Position numbers and translations under genes: made by a program. Positions 35,708 to 45,238 of a DNA stretch of 64,000 nucleotides are shown here, piece after piece. This DNA comes from Vulcanimicrobiota bacterium. GTDB lineage: Bacteria; Vulcanimicrobiota; Xenobia; Xenobiales; JADMJV01. The stretch is from positions 2,022,210 through 2,086,209 of the forward strand of contig JBFWNU010000001.1 of the NCBI GenBank assembly GCA_050250895.1. Direction: 5' to 3'. A model generated the notes under the pieces. That model made no database searches. It saw only the letters and a list, made by a program, of their open reading frames with translations, and had not been told where the DNA came from. Numbering within the stretch: the first letter of the stretch is position 1; the number at the start of each line of letters is the position of its first letter.

Positions 35708-36610
35708 GTGATCGAACTCGAACGCTACGGCCCGGTCGAGGCCTTCCACCACGGGCGCTCGCCCTTCGGATTCTTGAAGCCGGTCATGTCGGTGCGCTGC
35801 TACCAGGTCGACGGTCTTCTGATCGACTCTGGGTTGAGCGTCTTCTCCTCGGCCGTCGGCCGCTGGGCCGTGGATAGGGGGGCGCGTCGCGCCCTCATCA
35901 CCCATCACCACGAGGACCACAGTGGCAACTCCAAAACCCTGCAGGGACACGGGCTCGAGGTGCTGGCCTCGCAACGAACCAACGACTGGGTGGAACGGGG
36001 CTTTTCGATCCGACTTTATCAACAGCTGGTGTGGGCGCCCGCCCCTCCCACCCGGCTGAGCCCGCTACCGCAGGTGGTCGAGACCGACCGCTATCGTTTC
36101 GAAGCTCTGCCCGCCCCCGGGCATTGCGACGATCAGATGGTCTTCTTCGAGGCCGACCAGGGGTGGCTCTTTTCGGGTGATGCCTTTCTGGCTCGCCGCA
36201 TCAAGTATTTTCGGGCCGACGAGGATTTCGCCGCCACCGTCGACTCGTTGCGCCGGTTGACTCGATTGGACTTTGGTGACCTCTTCTGCGCCCACCGTCC
36301 CGTGATGAAGACCGGCCAAGAGGCGCTGGCCGCCAAGCTGCAATTTCTCGAAGACCTCGAAGGCCGGGTGCGCGAGTTACATCAACAGGGCCTCGGTCCG
36401 CGAGCCATCACTCGCCAGCTGCTGGGGCCCGAGTCGTGGCTGTTCTATCTCTTTTCCTGGGGTGATCTATCCAAACTCAACCTGGTGCGCTCTATCCTTT
36501 TTGGACCGACGCTTCGAGCGGACTACCCGCCAGTCGGCGCCACTGCAGGGCGGCCTCTCGGCGAGAGCTACGAAAAAGCAAGCCAAAGTGACCTAGAACC
36601 TGGCCCGTGA
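35708..36610 (+). CDS. metallo-beta-lactamase fold hydrolase
   Basis: HxHxDH motif ITHHHEDHSGN, together with downstream His/Asp ligands (PGHCDD, SGDAF, CAHRPV). GTG start. Its 3' end overlaps the convergent gene by ~119 nt, so one of the two ends may be mis-set. Confidence 0.75.
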   Translation: MIELERYGPVEAFHHGRSPFGFLKPVMSVRCYQVDGLLIDSGLSVFSSAVGRWAVDRGARRALITHHHEDHSGNSKTLQGHGLEVLASQRTNDWVERGFSIRLYQQLVWAPAPPTRLSPLPQVVETDRYRFEALPAPGHCDDQMVFFEADQGWLFSGDAFLARRIKYFRADEDFAATVDSLRRLTRLDFGDLFCAHRPVMKTGQEALAAKLQFLEDLEGRVRELHQQGLGPRAITRQLLGPESWLFYLFSWGDLSKLNLVRSILFGPTLRADYPPVGATAGRPLGESYEKASQSDLEPGP

Positions 36611-37616
36611 GGAGCGCGAACCGGGCCCGCAACTGCTCGACCAGTTCGCCGAAGGCGGCATCTTCTCGCAGCGAGATTTGCGACAGATCGGTGGTCAGGT
36701 GGTCGGCCACCACCACCGCCGAGGCGCCCGGCGGGCCCAGGTCGACGGTCTTGGGCGGGCATAAATAACCGCGCCGGATGACGGTCAGGGTGCCTTTGCC
36801 CTCGAGCTGCAGCGGCAGGCTCAACCAGGCCCAACCACGCTCGGGCCCGACTCGGACCAGGGTGTCCATCGAGTCCAGGCCCAGCTCGCGGTGAACGGTC
36901 AGTTCGGGGTCGTAGCTGAGCCGGGCCCGCGTGGGCGGAGCTTCCAGGCTGCCCGGTTCGATCATCTGGCGACCCAGGCAGAATTGCTGGCTGGGGGTCA
37001 GGGGTTGGTTCACTTGGCGGCCATCGAGTTCGAGAGGAATCGGGCAGTGGACAAAGCCCCTGCTGACCATACGATGCTCGTCGGCCAATCCCGCCTGAGG
37101 GCGAAATCGATGCCAGAAGTCGGCCTTCACCGAGGGACGTCCCAGGTGAATTCGCAGGCCGGGGCGGTCGCGTACCGACAGGCGCATGGGACCGAACCGC
37201 TCGACCAGGCCCGACTCGAGCACCACCAGCCAATAGCGCGGTCCGTCACGAATCGAGCAGGCGGCCAGCGAATAGCCCTGTCCCAGGCTGCTGCGCAGAC
37301 CGATCACCAGGTCGCCGACGGGATCGTTGCCGGCCACCCTCAGGGCGGCCAGCTCCTGGGCCAGTTCCACTCCTTCGGGCAGAACGGCGCCGGGAGCGTC
37401 GATCATCAACTCGCCCGGGCGCAGCCGCAGCGAAAGAGAGTTGGCTCCCAGCCCTACCAGCCCCTGAAGCAGTTTGACGGCCACGAAACCCGGGCCGGGC
37501 AAGCGATACTGGTCGAGCACCTTCTGGGCCCGCTCGGCATCCAGGGCAAAACGCGAGCTGGAATCGACTTCTCCAACGGCCCGAAAGCTCTCTAGAAGCT
37601 CGTGCAGCTCGCTCAT
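36492..37616 (-). CDS. paralog family member P2 (degenerate GHKL-like N-terminus; CPIPLELDGRQ motif)
   Basis: ATG at 37616 (MSELHELLESFRAVGEVDSSSRFALDAERAQKVLDQYRLPGPGFVAVKLLQGLVGLGANSLSLRL...). The N-terminus and the CPIPxxLDGR block are shared with gene 45580..46683, and the N-terminus also with gene 26432..27541. Confidence 0.5.
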   Translation of the reverse strand: MSELHELLESFRAVGEVDSSSRFALDAERAQKVLDQYRLPGPGFVAVKLLQGLVGLGANSLSLRLRPGELMIDAPGAVLPEGVELAQELAALRVAGNDPVGDLVIGLRSSLGQGYSLAACSIRDGPRYWLVVLESGLVERFGPMRLSVRDRPGLRIHLGRPSVKADFWHRFRPQAGLADEHRMVSRGFVHCPIPLELDGRQVNQPLTPSQQFCLGRQMIEPGSLEAPPTRARLSYDPELTVHRELGLDSMDTLVRVGPERGWAWLSLPLQLEGKGTLTVIRRGYLCPPKTVDLGPPGASAVVVADHLTTDLSQISLREDAAFGELVEQLRARFALLTGQVLGHFGLLFRSSRREAALQWRRLAGSPLEASVQKG

Positions 37617-37674
37617 TCGGCCTGCTTCGCTCTGCCAACCAGGGTCTTCCCCCTCGGGGCCGAAAGCCGCGAAC

Positions 37675-39111
37675 ATGACCGAACATGCGCCCGCCGATTC
37701 CCACCCCCAAGAGGGCACCAGCCATGGAGCCTCCTGGCTGCTGCCAGCCATCATCGTGGGGGTTATCCTGGGCGGTCTGGTGGGGGCACAATGGCCTCAA
37801 TTCGCGATTCATTTCGAGTTTTTTGGCGAGCTCTTCCTCAATGCCCTGAAGATGCTAATCGTACCCCTGGTGGCCAGTTCCATGATCGCGGGCATCGCCA
37901 GTCTCGGCGATGTGCGCAAGCTGGGCAAGCCCGGACTGGTGACGGTCCTTCTTTACGCCGCCACCACAGCGCTGGCCGTTTTCATCGGCATGATCTTCGT
38001 CAATCTGCTAAAGCCCGGCGCGGGGGTCCAGGTGGAAGGGTCCAACAGGGCGCCCGCCACGCGCCTGGTCAAACAGATCGAAGGCGAGTGGGTGGTCTTC
38101 GACAAGGGCGATAACCTTTACACCCTCGACGGCGAGCCCGTGCGAGCGGTGGTGGCCCGTTTCAAAGACGAGCACTCGGCCCATGAAGCCGCCAAAGAAG
38201 GCGAGAAGTCGCTCTTCGGCGTGGTCGCCAAGGTGATGCGCATGATGGTCTCGGCCAACATCATCCAGTCGGCCGCCGCCACCGATATCCTGCCCCTGAT
38301 CTTCTTTTCGCTGTTGTTTGGCGGGGTGTTGACCACCCTGGGGCAAAAGGGCCAGATGGTGCTCGAGTTCTTCGCGGGCGTGAGCGAAGCCATGATGGCC
38401 ATGGTCAACCTCATCATGTATGTGGCGCCCCTTGGTATCTTCTCGCTGATTGCCGCTCGGCTGGGTAAAGCCGGCGGCGGTAGCGCCTTCGTCGAAGAGG
38501 TCACCAAGCTGGGCAACTATGCCCTGTGCGTCATCCTGGCCTTGCTCGTGCACTCTATCTTGCTGATCGGGCTCTATGCGCTGCTGGCCCGGCGTAGCCC
38601 GGTGGCCTTTTTGGCTAAGCTGGCCAAAGCTCTGACCACCGCTTTTTCCACCGCTTCTTCCTCGGCCACTTTGCCGCTGACCATGGAATGTTGTGAAGAG
38701 GCAGGAGTGTCGCCGGAAGCCACCAGTTTCGTGCTGCCCCTGGGAGCCACCGTGAATATGAATGGAACCGCTCTCTACGAGTCGGTGGCAGCCATCTTTA
38801 TCGCTCAGGCTTTCGGAATACCCCTGGGCATGGAAGGCCAGTTGATTGTCTTCGTTACGGCGACCCTGGCAGCTATCGGAGCGGCCGGCATTCCCGAGGC
38901 GGGTCTGGTGACGATGTTGATCGTGCTCAACGCCGCCAACCTGCCCACCGCAGGAGTGGGGCTGCTGCTCTCGATCGATTGGTTTCTGGACCGCTGCCGG
39001 ACCTCGGTCAACGTCTGGGGAGACGCGGTGGTGGCGGGCTGTGTCGACGAAATGGTGTTCTCCAAGCTCGACCTATCGGGCGAGATGCACCACGCCTCTA
39101 GCGTACGGTAG
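37675..39111 (+). CDS. dicarboxylate/amino acid:cation symporter (DAACS family; GltP/DctA-like)
   Basis: Polytopic protein with DAACS signatures: ...LKMLIVPLVASSMIAGIASLG..., ...FSTASSSATLPLTMECCEE..., ...NMNGTALYESVAAIFIAQAFG..., ...GIPEAGLVTMLIVL.... ATG start at 37675. Confidence 0.85.
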   Translation: MTEHAPADSHPQEGTSHGASWLLPAIIVGVILGGLVGAQWPQFAIHFEFFGELFLNALKMLIVPLVASSMIAGIASLGDVRKLGKPGLVTVLLYAATTALAVFIGMIFVNLLKPGAGVQVEGSNRAPATRLVKQIEGEWVVFDKGDNLYTLDGEPVRAVVARFKDEHSAHEAAKEGEKSLFGVVAKVMRMMVSANIIQSAAATDILPLIFFSLLFGGVLTTLGQKGQMVLEFFAGVSEAMMAMVNLIMYVAPLGIFSLIAARLGKAGGGSAFVEEVTKLGNYALCVILALLVHSILLIGLYALLARRSPVAFLAKLAKALTTAFSTASSSATLPLTMECCEEAGVSPEATSFVLPLGATVNMNGTALYESVAAIFIAQAFGIPLGMEGQLIVFVTATLAAIGAAGIPEAGLVTMLIVLNAANLPTAGVGLLLSIDWFLDRCRTSVNVWGDAVVAGCVDEMVFSKLDLSGEMHHASSVR

Positions 39112-40759
39112 CCACCGGCACGCCGCCGGTCACCAGACCCCGCAACAGAGGGGGCTGATCGCCCTGGCACAGGTAGGGATAGAATTCGTCCAGGCGGATG
39201 GTGCGGTCACCGTCGAGATCGGCTCCCCCGCCCAGACCACTGACCACTGCATCCAACAGACTCTCGGGAGTCCCGCCGATGGCGGCCCAGCCGGCCTCGG
39301 CCAACTGCTCCAGAAAGGTCGCTTCGGCCTGGCTCGACGGACCCTCGCCGGTATCGAAGATGGCCACCACCTTGCGCCCGTGTAAAGGTCCAAGCCACTC
39401 CAGCAGCTGTTTGACCCCGGCCGTGCCGTCGCTGAGTTCGAGCAATTTGTCCTCGCCGGCCTGGCGGGCTTTGCCCCGGTAGTAGAGCAGCAAAAAGTCG
39501 TGGTCTCCGGCCTGACCCGCCCAGCGCTGTAGCTCAGACTTGAGGGTGGCGGTGGTGCGCCGACTGACCGTGCGCAGATGACCGTCGGGAATGGCTGATC
39601 CGGTCTTGAGGGCGCTCACCAGAGCGGTGCTGTCTTCTCCAATGACGATGGCCCAGCGGTGATCAGGGGCCGGCCGGGCCACCCCGTCGCCGCGCAACAG
39701 CAGTTCTCGTCGGGTGGTCTGGCGGCGGTTGTCGGTGGCTTCGACCTCGATGCGATTCCAGCCCGGAGTGGCATTGACCATCATGTCCAGGCGCAACTGG
39801 CTGGACTGATATCCGGGCGGACTCTTCCACAGCTCTTGGCCATTGAGCGACACCCTGCTCGAGGCCAGACCGGCCGGAGCATACATCTCGCCCGACAGAC
39901 TCAACTCGCGTTCGGACGTGCTGGAGAAATCGAATGGTTCTTCCAGTCGGATGGTGGGCTCGTGCACCTCGTCGAGGTTGACCGTGACCACCCAGTCTTT
40001 GGTGTAGCTGGCGATGATTTTGCCCTGGACGACCTCTGCGCTCTGCATGCGAACCGTCGCTCGGGCCTGGCGAGGGGCTGAGGCTTCGGCTTTGACCAGC
40101 GAGTCGACCCGGGTCAGGCGAACCCGCTCCCAGCTGCCGCGCTTGTCCTGGCGGGCCAGTGACTCGTAGCTGGCCAGGCTGGGGCTGTGGCCACGAATCG
40201 TCCAGCCGCTCTCGCCGCTCTTGAAGAGGTAGACGCGACCATCGTAGCCGACGCCGATCTTCTCGGCAAACCCGTCGGCGTCGAGGTCACGATCGATGGA
40301 GCCGACCAGAGCCGGAGTCGGCGCAGCGAGATCACCGAGCGGCGGGCTCTGCAGGCGCAACTTGAGGTTGCCGTCTTGACTGGCGGTGTCCACGACCCTG
40401 GCCCGCAAGGCCCAGGCCAGCAGGCGATCGTTGGGGTGCCTGCTGTCGATCACAAAGCGCCGGGATTGACCCTGGCCGGGCGTGAGCACGACTCCGAACC
40501 CGGCGCGCGCCTGACCGGCCTCGATCAGGTGCCGATAGCCATCGAGCATGGCCGCCTGGCGCGAACGGTCGACCTGGCGTCGGCCCGGCTGGGGCGCCCA
40601 CCCGTCGACCTCGATGGTCTCCGAGGCCTGGGCGGCCGCGTCGGTCGGCTCGGGAAAAGGGTCGACCTCGGCTTGAGCCGGCTGGAAGAACCCCTGGAGG
40701 AAAAGCATCGTGAACAGGGCCAGCAGGCTTGTCAGGTAAAGTAGGGCGCGTGCTTTCAT
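39098..40759 (-). CDS. secreted protein with a degenerate caspase-like (peptidase C14-like) domain lacking the catalytic His/Cys. It also carries a C-terminal EF-hand-like Ca-binding loop.
   Basis: Signal peptide MKARALLYLTSLLALFTMLFLQGFFQPAQA. ...HRWAIVIGEDS...DFLLLYYRGKARQ...VVAIFDTGEG resembles the caspase blocks ALvIG / lfyYsGHG / ldaChsG but has neither His nor Cys. GGGADLDGDRTIRLDEFYPYL resembles an EF-hand. Confidence 0.45.
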   Translation of the reverse strand: MKARALLYLTSLLALFTMLFLQGFFQPAQAEVDPFPEPTDAAAQASETIEVDGWAPQPGRRQVDRSRQAAMLDGYRHLIEAGQARAGFGVVLTPGQGQSRRFVIDSRHPNDRLLAWALRARVVDTASQDGNLKLRLQSPPLGDLAAPTPALVGSIDRDLDADGFAEKIGVGYDGRVYLFKSGESGWTIRGHSPSLASYESLARQDKRGSWERVRLTRVDSLVKAEASAPRQARATVRMQSAEVVQGKIIASYTKDWVVTVNLDEVHEPTIRLEEPFDFSSTSERELSLSGEMYAPAGLASSRVSLNGQELWKSPPGYQSSQLRLDMMVNATPGWNRIEVEATDNRRQTTRRELLLRGDGVARPAPDHRWAIVIGEDSTALVSALKTGSAIPDGHLRTVSRRTTATLKSELQRWAGQAGDHDFLLLYYRGKARQAGEDKLLELSDGTAGVKQLLEWLGPLHGRKVVAIFDTGEGPSSQAEATFLEQLAEAGWAAIGGTPESLLDAVVSGLGGGADLDGDRTIRLDEFYPYLCQGDQPPLLRGLVTGGVPVATVR

Positions 40760-40822
40760 GTCTAGTGGGATACCCCGGTGGCCGGTAGGAGAAACCAGAA
40801 CGGAGCCTCGAACAGCCCGCCC

Positions 40823-42466
40823 ATGAAGACCTGGCAGGGCGCCACCGCAAGCTTCGTGGCTATGGCGTTGGTTTATCTGGCCAGCCTGGCCCCGGACCTG
40901 GCCACCACCCACGACGGAGGAGAACTCGCCACGGCAGCCGTCAGCCTGGGCATCGCCCACCCCCCCGGCTATCCCCTCTTCACTCTGCTGGGACACCTCT
41001 TCAGTCTGCTGCCGGTGGTCTCGCTGGTGGGGCGGGTGAATCTGTTTTGCGCCCTGGCGGCCGCCCTGGGAGTGACCCTCTTCGGGCTGTGCTTCGCCCG
41101 CCTCGTTGACAATCTGCCGGCCGGCTTGCTGGCGGCCGCGGTGGGCGGTCTGGCGGTGGCGCCCTGGCGCCAGGCGGTGGGTGTGGAAAAATACGCGCTC
41201 CATTTCGTGCTGGCCGGAGCACTCTGCTGCTGGGCGGCTTACCGTCGCCACGGCCAGGCGCCCAATTGGCCGGGAGCCCTGCTTCTGGGTCTGGCCCTGT
41301 GCCACCATCACACCATCTTGCTCTTTGCACCCGCTCTGCTGGCCTATCTATGGGGCACGAAATCGGACGAGCAGCCCTGGTGGCAGACTCCGGCCGCCCT
41401 GGTGGTGGGGTTGCTGCCGCTGCTCTATCTGCCGATCCGAGCCAGCCAGCACCCGCCCCTCAACTGGGGCGACCCCAGTTCGCCCGAGCGGCTGCTCTGG
41501 GTCTTGCTACGCCGGGGCTATGGCACCGGCGTGCTCAGCGCTGGCCATGAGAATGCGAGTTTGGGGTTTCGGCTTGGCTACTACTTTCAGTCGCTGGCTC
41601 TCGAGCAGTTCTCGTGGGGCATCCTGCTGTTGCTGCTGGCTGGTGCCTATCTCAGCTGGCGTGATCGCGAGCGGGGCGGTCTATTGCTAGGCCTGGCCTG
41701 GTTCTTTACCGGGCCTTTCTTTGTGGTGCTGGCGGCCCAACCGCCCGAAGCCGGCTATCTCGATATCCTGGATCGCTTCTACGCTGTATCCTATCTGGTG
41801 GCGGCGGGTTTTCTGGCGCGCCTGCTAGCTGAACTCAAGCCGCCTCAGGCGGTGGGCGTCGGCTTGCTGTTGTGTCTGGTCAACGGCGCCGCCCACTGGT
41901 CCTCGACCAGCCAGGCGGGCAGCTATCACCTGCCCGACACCGTCGCTCTGGTCTGGCAGACCCTCCCCCCCGACGCGCTCTTGATCCCCGCCAGCGACAT
42001 GACCTCGGGCGCCTTTCTCTACGAGCAGGTGGTGCTGGGCCGGCGTCCCGACGTGCAGGTGATTCATGCCGGCCTGCTGACCTCGGACTGGTATCGCCAG
42101 AGCCTGCCCCGCGAATTGCGCAAAGACAGCCTGGCAGAGGTGCTGACGGCTGGCCGGCCGGCCTATTTCGAAGCGGTCCAGCCCGAAATCCCGGGCTTTT
42201 TCGTGCCTCGGGGCCTGGTTTATCAGTATTTGCCAGCGGGCGCCCCCATCCCGGAGCGGCAACCGGTCGACCGCGACACCTTCGAGCGTCTCGAGGCCTT
42301 CCCGCGCCGGGGAGATTGGCGCCGGAAACCGACCACCCCCTACTTGCGAGGCTATCTGATGGAGCGGTGGGCCAACGCCTACCGGACGGTGGCCGAATCG
42401 CTGCCCGAGCCCCAGGCCGAAGTGGCCCGCCAGCGGGCTAGAACCCTTTCTTCAGGCGATTCTTGA
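40823..42466 (+). CDS. DUF2723-family polytopic membrane protein (TMEM260/GT117-like glycosyltransferase fold)
   Basis: YLASLAPDLATTHDGGELATAAVSLGIAHPPGYPLFTLLGHLF is the DUF2723 hallmark. Many TM helices. ATG start at 40823. Divergent from the caspase-like gene. Confidence 0.75.
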   Translation: MKTWQGATASFVAMALVYLASLAPDLATTHDGGELATAAVSLGIAHPPGYPLFTLLGHLFSLLPVVSLVGRVNLFCALAAALGVTLFGLCFARLVDNLPAGLLAAAVGGLAVAPWRQAVGVEKYALHFVLAGALCCWAAYRRHGQAPNWPGALLLGLALCHHHTILLFAPALLAYLWGTKSDEQPWWQTPAALVVGLLPLLYLPIRASQHPPLNWGDPSSPERLLWVLLRRGYGTGVLSAGHENASLGFRLGYYFQSLALEQFSWGILLLLLAGAYLSWRDRERGGLLLGLAWFFTGPFFVVLAAQPPEAGYLDILDRFYAVSYLVAAGFLARLLAELKPPQAVGVGLLLCLVNGAAHWSSTSQAGSYHLPDTVALVWQTLPPDALLIPASDMTSGAFLYEQVVLGRRPDVQVIHAGLLTSDWYRQSLPRELRKDSLAEVLTAGRPAYFEAVQPEIPGFFVPRGLVYQYLPAGAPIPERQPVDRDTFERLEAFPRRGDWRRKPTTPYLRGYLMERWANAYRTVAESLPEPQAEVARQRARTLSSGDS

Positions 42467-43058
42467 TGGTCTTGAGGTTGGCCGCGCCGGGATCGATCTT
42501 ATCGTAGGGAGCGCCGTTGACGAGGTCCAGGGCCTCGGGTACCTTGCGGGTGTCCATGGTGGCCACATCTTGATGACCGTAGATCTTCTCGAGCGGAATG
42601 TCATACTCGGTCATCAGTTGATGGCAAAGGCGGGCGGCCGTCTCGAGGGTTTTGGGCCGATGGGCCAGGTCGTTGGCTTCCATGGCTACCATCTCGATGT
42701 TGATGGCTCGGTGATTGATGCCGTAGCAACCCCGCGAACGGACATCGGGAGGCAGAATCTCCCACACTTTGTCGCCATCCACCACGTAGTGCACCGCCAA
42801 CCCCGGCGATTCGCCGGCGAAATCGTTGGTATTGACGAGGTTCCAGGGAAAGCCGGTCGAGACGGTATAGTGCAAGACGATGCAGGTGGGGTCGAGTTGC
42901 CAGGTATCCTCACCGTAGTGGCGCTTGGAATACTTGGCGATTTGCGGCTTCCAACTGGCCAGCTTGCGCGCCCGACTCTTGTCGATCTTGAGATTGGTTT
43001 GAGCCAGGGCGCCTGCCACCAGGCCCACCGCCAGCAATAGACATAAGACTCTCTTCAT
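42438..43058 (-). CDS. secreted N-acetylmuramoyl-L-alanine amidase (Amidase_2/PGRP family)
   Basis: Signal peptide MKRVLCLLLAVGLVAGALAQ. ...IVLHYTVSTG...HYVVDGDG-like...CYGINHRAINIEMV... are typical of Amidase_2. The ATG at 43058 overlaps the permease stop. Confidence 0.7.
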   Translation of the reverse strand: MKRVLCLLLAVGLVAGALAQTNLKIDKSRARKLASWKPQIAKYSKRHYGEDTWQLDPTCIVLHYTVSTGFPWNLVNTNDFAGESPGLAVHYVVDGDKVWEILPPDVRSRGCYGINHRAINIEMVAMEANDLAHRPKTLETAARLCHQLMTEYDIPLEKIYGHQDVATMDTRKVPEALDLVNGAPYDKIDPGAANLKTIKNRLKKGF

Positions 43059-43843
43059 TTGATCGCTCCCGCGGTAATGCCGCTGATGAATTGCTTCTGC
43101 AGCAGCAAGAATAAGATGACGATGGGTAGCATGGCAAGTACCGATCCGGCTGCCACGATGCGAAACTGCGAACCGAAGGTATTGGCCAGGTGATTTAGAC
43201 CCACCGAAAGGGGATAAAGTTCTCGCGATTTCAGAATCACCAGCGGCCACATGAACGAGTTCCAGTGGGCCACAAAGGCGAATAGAGCCAGGGTGCCCAT
43301 GGCCGGACGGGTGAGGGGCAACATGACCCGGGTGAAAATCGTGAATTCGTTGCATCCGTCGATGCGGGCCGCGTCTTCAAGCTCTTGAGGCACCACCAGA
43401 AAGGCCTGGCGCATCAGAAAGATGCCGAACACGCTCACCGCCGAAGGCAAGAACACTGCGGTCAGTGTGTCGTAGAGGCCCAGGCTGCGGATGGTCATGA
43501 AGTTGACGATGATGTTGGCCTGAGCCGGCAGCATCATGGTGGCCAGCAAGAGTCCGAAAAGCAGCCCTTTGCCGCGGAATTCCATGCGCGCGAGGGGGTA
43601 GGCCGCCGTGGCGGCCAGGATGAGTTCGAGGCCAACTCCGAAAAAGCAGATGATGGCGGTGTTGAGAAAGAATCGTGGCAGCTCGGGTACCTGGCGAAAG
43701 ACGTCTTTGTAGGCCTGGGTGGTCGGCTCGTTGGGCAGAAGATCGCTCAGTTGCTCGAGGCGGAACAGGTCTCCACCCTCGAACGAAGTCGACACCAGAA
43801 AGAGGAAAGGGCCCATCAAGAAGACGGCCAGCAAAGCCAGCAA
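43055..43843 (-). CDS. sugar ABC transporter permease (MalG/UgpE-like)
   Basis: EAA-loop ...ELEDAARIDGCNEFTIFTRVMLPL... with 6 TM helices. Confidence 0.85.
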   Translation of the reverse strand: MLALLAVFLMGPFLFLVSTSFEGGDLFRLEQLSDLLPNEPTTQAYKDVFRQVPELPRFFLNTAIICFFGVGLELILAATAAYPLARMEFRGKGLLFGLLLATMMLPAQANIIVNFMTIRSLGLYDTLTAVFLPSAVSVFGIFLMRQAFLVVPQELEDAARIDGCNEFTIFTRVMLPLTRPAMGTLALFAFVAHWNSFMWPLVILKSRELYPLSVGLNHLANTFGSQFRIVAAGSVLAMLPIVILFLLLQKQFISGITAGAIK

Positions 43844-43859
43844 AAGATAGGTCGCGAGC

Positions 43860-44753
43860 CTAGTAATAGCTACTCAGCCCCCCTTCGCGAAAGTAGCGCA
43901 CGTTGATGAGCGAGATGACCGCCACCACCCCGGCCAACACCAGGGCCACGGCCGCTGAATAGCCCATGTCGAAGTCTTCGAAGGCGCGAGTGTAGATGTA
44001 GTACACCATGGTGAGGGTGCTGTACTCCGGACCGCCGTCGGGTGTCATGATGAAGATCTCGCCGAAGACTTTCAGAGCCGAGATGCAAGAAATGATGGTG
44101 CACAGGGCCACCGTCGGCCGCAACAGGGGTATGGTGATGCGGGTCAGCACTTGCCAGGCGTTGGCCCCGTCGAGTCGGGCCGCTTCTTCGAGTTCTGGCG
44201 AGATCGTCTGCAAGCCGGCTAGATAAAGAATCATATAGTAGCCCAGGCCTTGCCACAGGGTCACGAACATCACCGAGAAAAGCGCGATACCGGGATCGGT
44301 CAACCAGTCGACCCGCTCGAAGCCGAGCCGGGTCAGCAGATAGTTGGCCAGGCCGTCCGAGCGCAGCACCCAGCGCCAGGTGATGCCCACGATGACCACC
44401 GAGGTGATGACCGGGATATAATAGGCGGTGCGAAAGACGTTGCGACCGCGGATGGGCTGGTTGACCAGCACTGCCAGGATGATCGAGGCGAACTGGATGA
44501 TCGGGACGACCGCCAGGTAGAGGATCGAGTTGGCCAGGGCCTTCCAGAAATAGGGGTCAGCCCACAGTCGCATGAAGTTCTTGAGGCCCACGAAGACGGG
44601 GGGCGCCAGATGCCCTTCGGGGGTGTGGCGCAGTAGCGAGAAGTCGAAAAAGGCCAGACCCACACCGCACAGGATGGGATAGAAGGTGAATACGCACAAC
44701 AGCAACAGGGCCGGCGCCAAAAAGGCCAGGGCCACCCACTCTTGCCGCCTCAA
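43860..44753 (-). CDS. sugar ABC transporter permease (MalF/UgpA-like)
   Basis: EAA-loop ...ELEEAARLDGANAWQVLTRITIPLL... with TM helices. Confidence 0.85.
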   Translation of the reverse strand: MRRQEWVALAFLAPALLLLCVFTFYPILCGVGLAFFDFSLLRHTPEGHLAPPVFVGLKNFMRLWADPYFWKALANSILYLAVVPIIQFASIILAVLVNQPIRGRNVFRTAYYIPVITSVVIVGITWRWVLRSDGLANYLLTRLGFERVDWLTDPGIALFSVMFVTLWQGLGYYMILYLAGLQTISPELEEAARLDGANAWQVLTRITIPLLRPTVALCTIISCISALKVFGEIFIMTPDGGPEYSTLTMVYYIYTRAFEDFDMGYSAAVALVLAGVVAVISLINVRYFREGGLSSYY

Positions 44754-45109
44754 TCGCGGTACTCCGTGTATTTCTCCTTGCGGCCTTTGACTCGCTCGAC
44801 GGGATAGCGGCTGTCGAGTTCGGTCAGCTTCTCGTCGAGGGCGCGAGCCAGGTCGACGCCGCTAGCCTCGGCCAGCAGCAACAGCAAGTTGAACACGTCG
44901 GCCAGTTCGGTAGCCAACTCAGGCAGTTCGCCCCGTTTTAGTTTTCCCTCGATCTCGGCCGGAGACTGAAAGCGAAACAGGTCCAGCACTTCGCCAACCT
45001 CTACGGCCAGCACCAGAGCCAGGTCCTTAGGGTTATGAAACTGCTGCCAGTCGCGTGCATCGCGGAAGGCCAACACTTGCGCCTGAAGTTGTTCGAGCGA
45101 GCGCTTCAT
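44750..45109 (-). CDS. MazG-like nucleoside triphosphate pyrophosphohydrolase (small all-alpha NTP-PPase)
   Basis: EVGEVLDLFRF...ELADVFNLLLLLA are EExxE/D-type MazG motifs. Overlaps the downstream permease gene by 4 nt. Confidence 0.65.
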   Translation of the reverse strand: MKRSLEQLQAQVLAFRDARDWQQFHNPKDLALVLAVEVGEVLDLFRFQSPAEIEGKLKRGELPELATELADVFNLLLLLAEASGVDLARALDEKLTELDSRYPVERVKGRKEKYTEYRD

Positions 45110-45238
45110 GGAAAAAAATTCTAGTCGATAGCCCGTCGGCCCTGCCGCGGCGGTGATTCTGGGTGCTCAAAGTCGATAATTGGAGCGTTCATCGTGCTCA
45201 AGGTGGGATCTGTCCGCCCTTTTCTCGAAGTGTCTTCG

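Noticed and set aside
40760-41311. 184-codon N-terminal extension of ORF 39098..41311, and similar upstream extensions at 8269..8416, 9729..9891, 18075..18192, 29858..29930, 37616..37754, 43058..43355 and 53977..54060
   Set aside because: The extensions precede obvious signal peptides or conserved N-termini. They overlap divergent genes or are antisense. Internal ATG starts at the conserved N-terminus were chosen.
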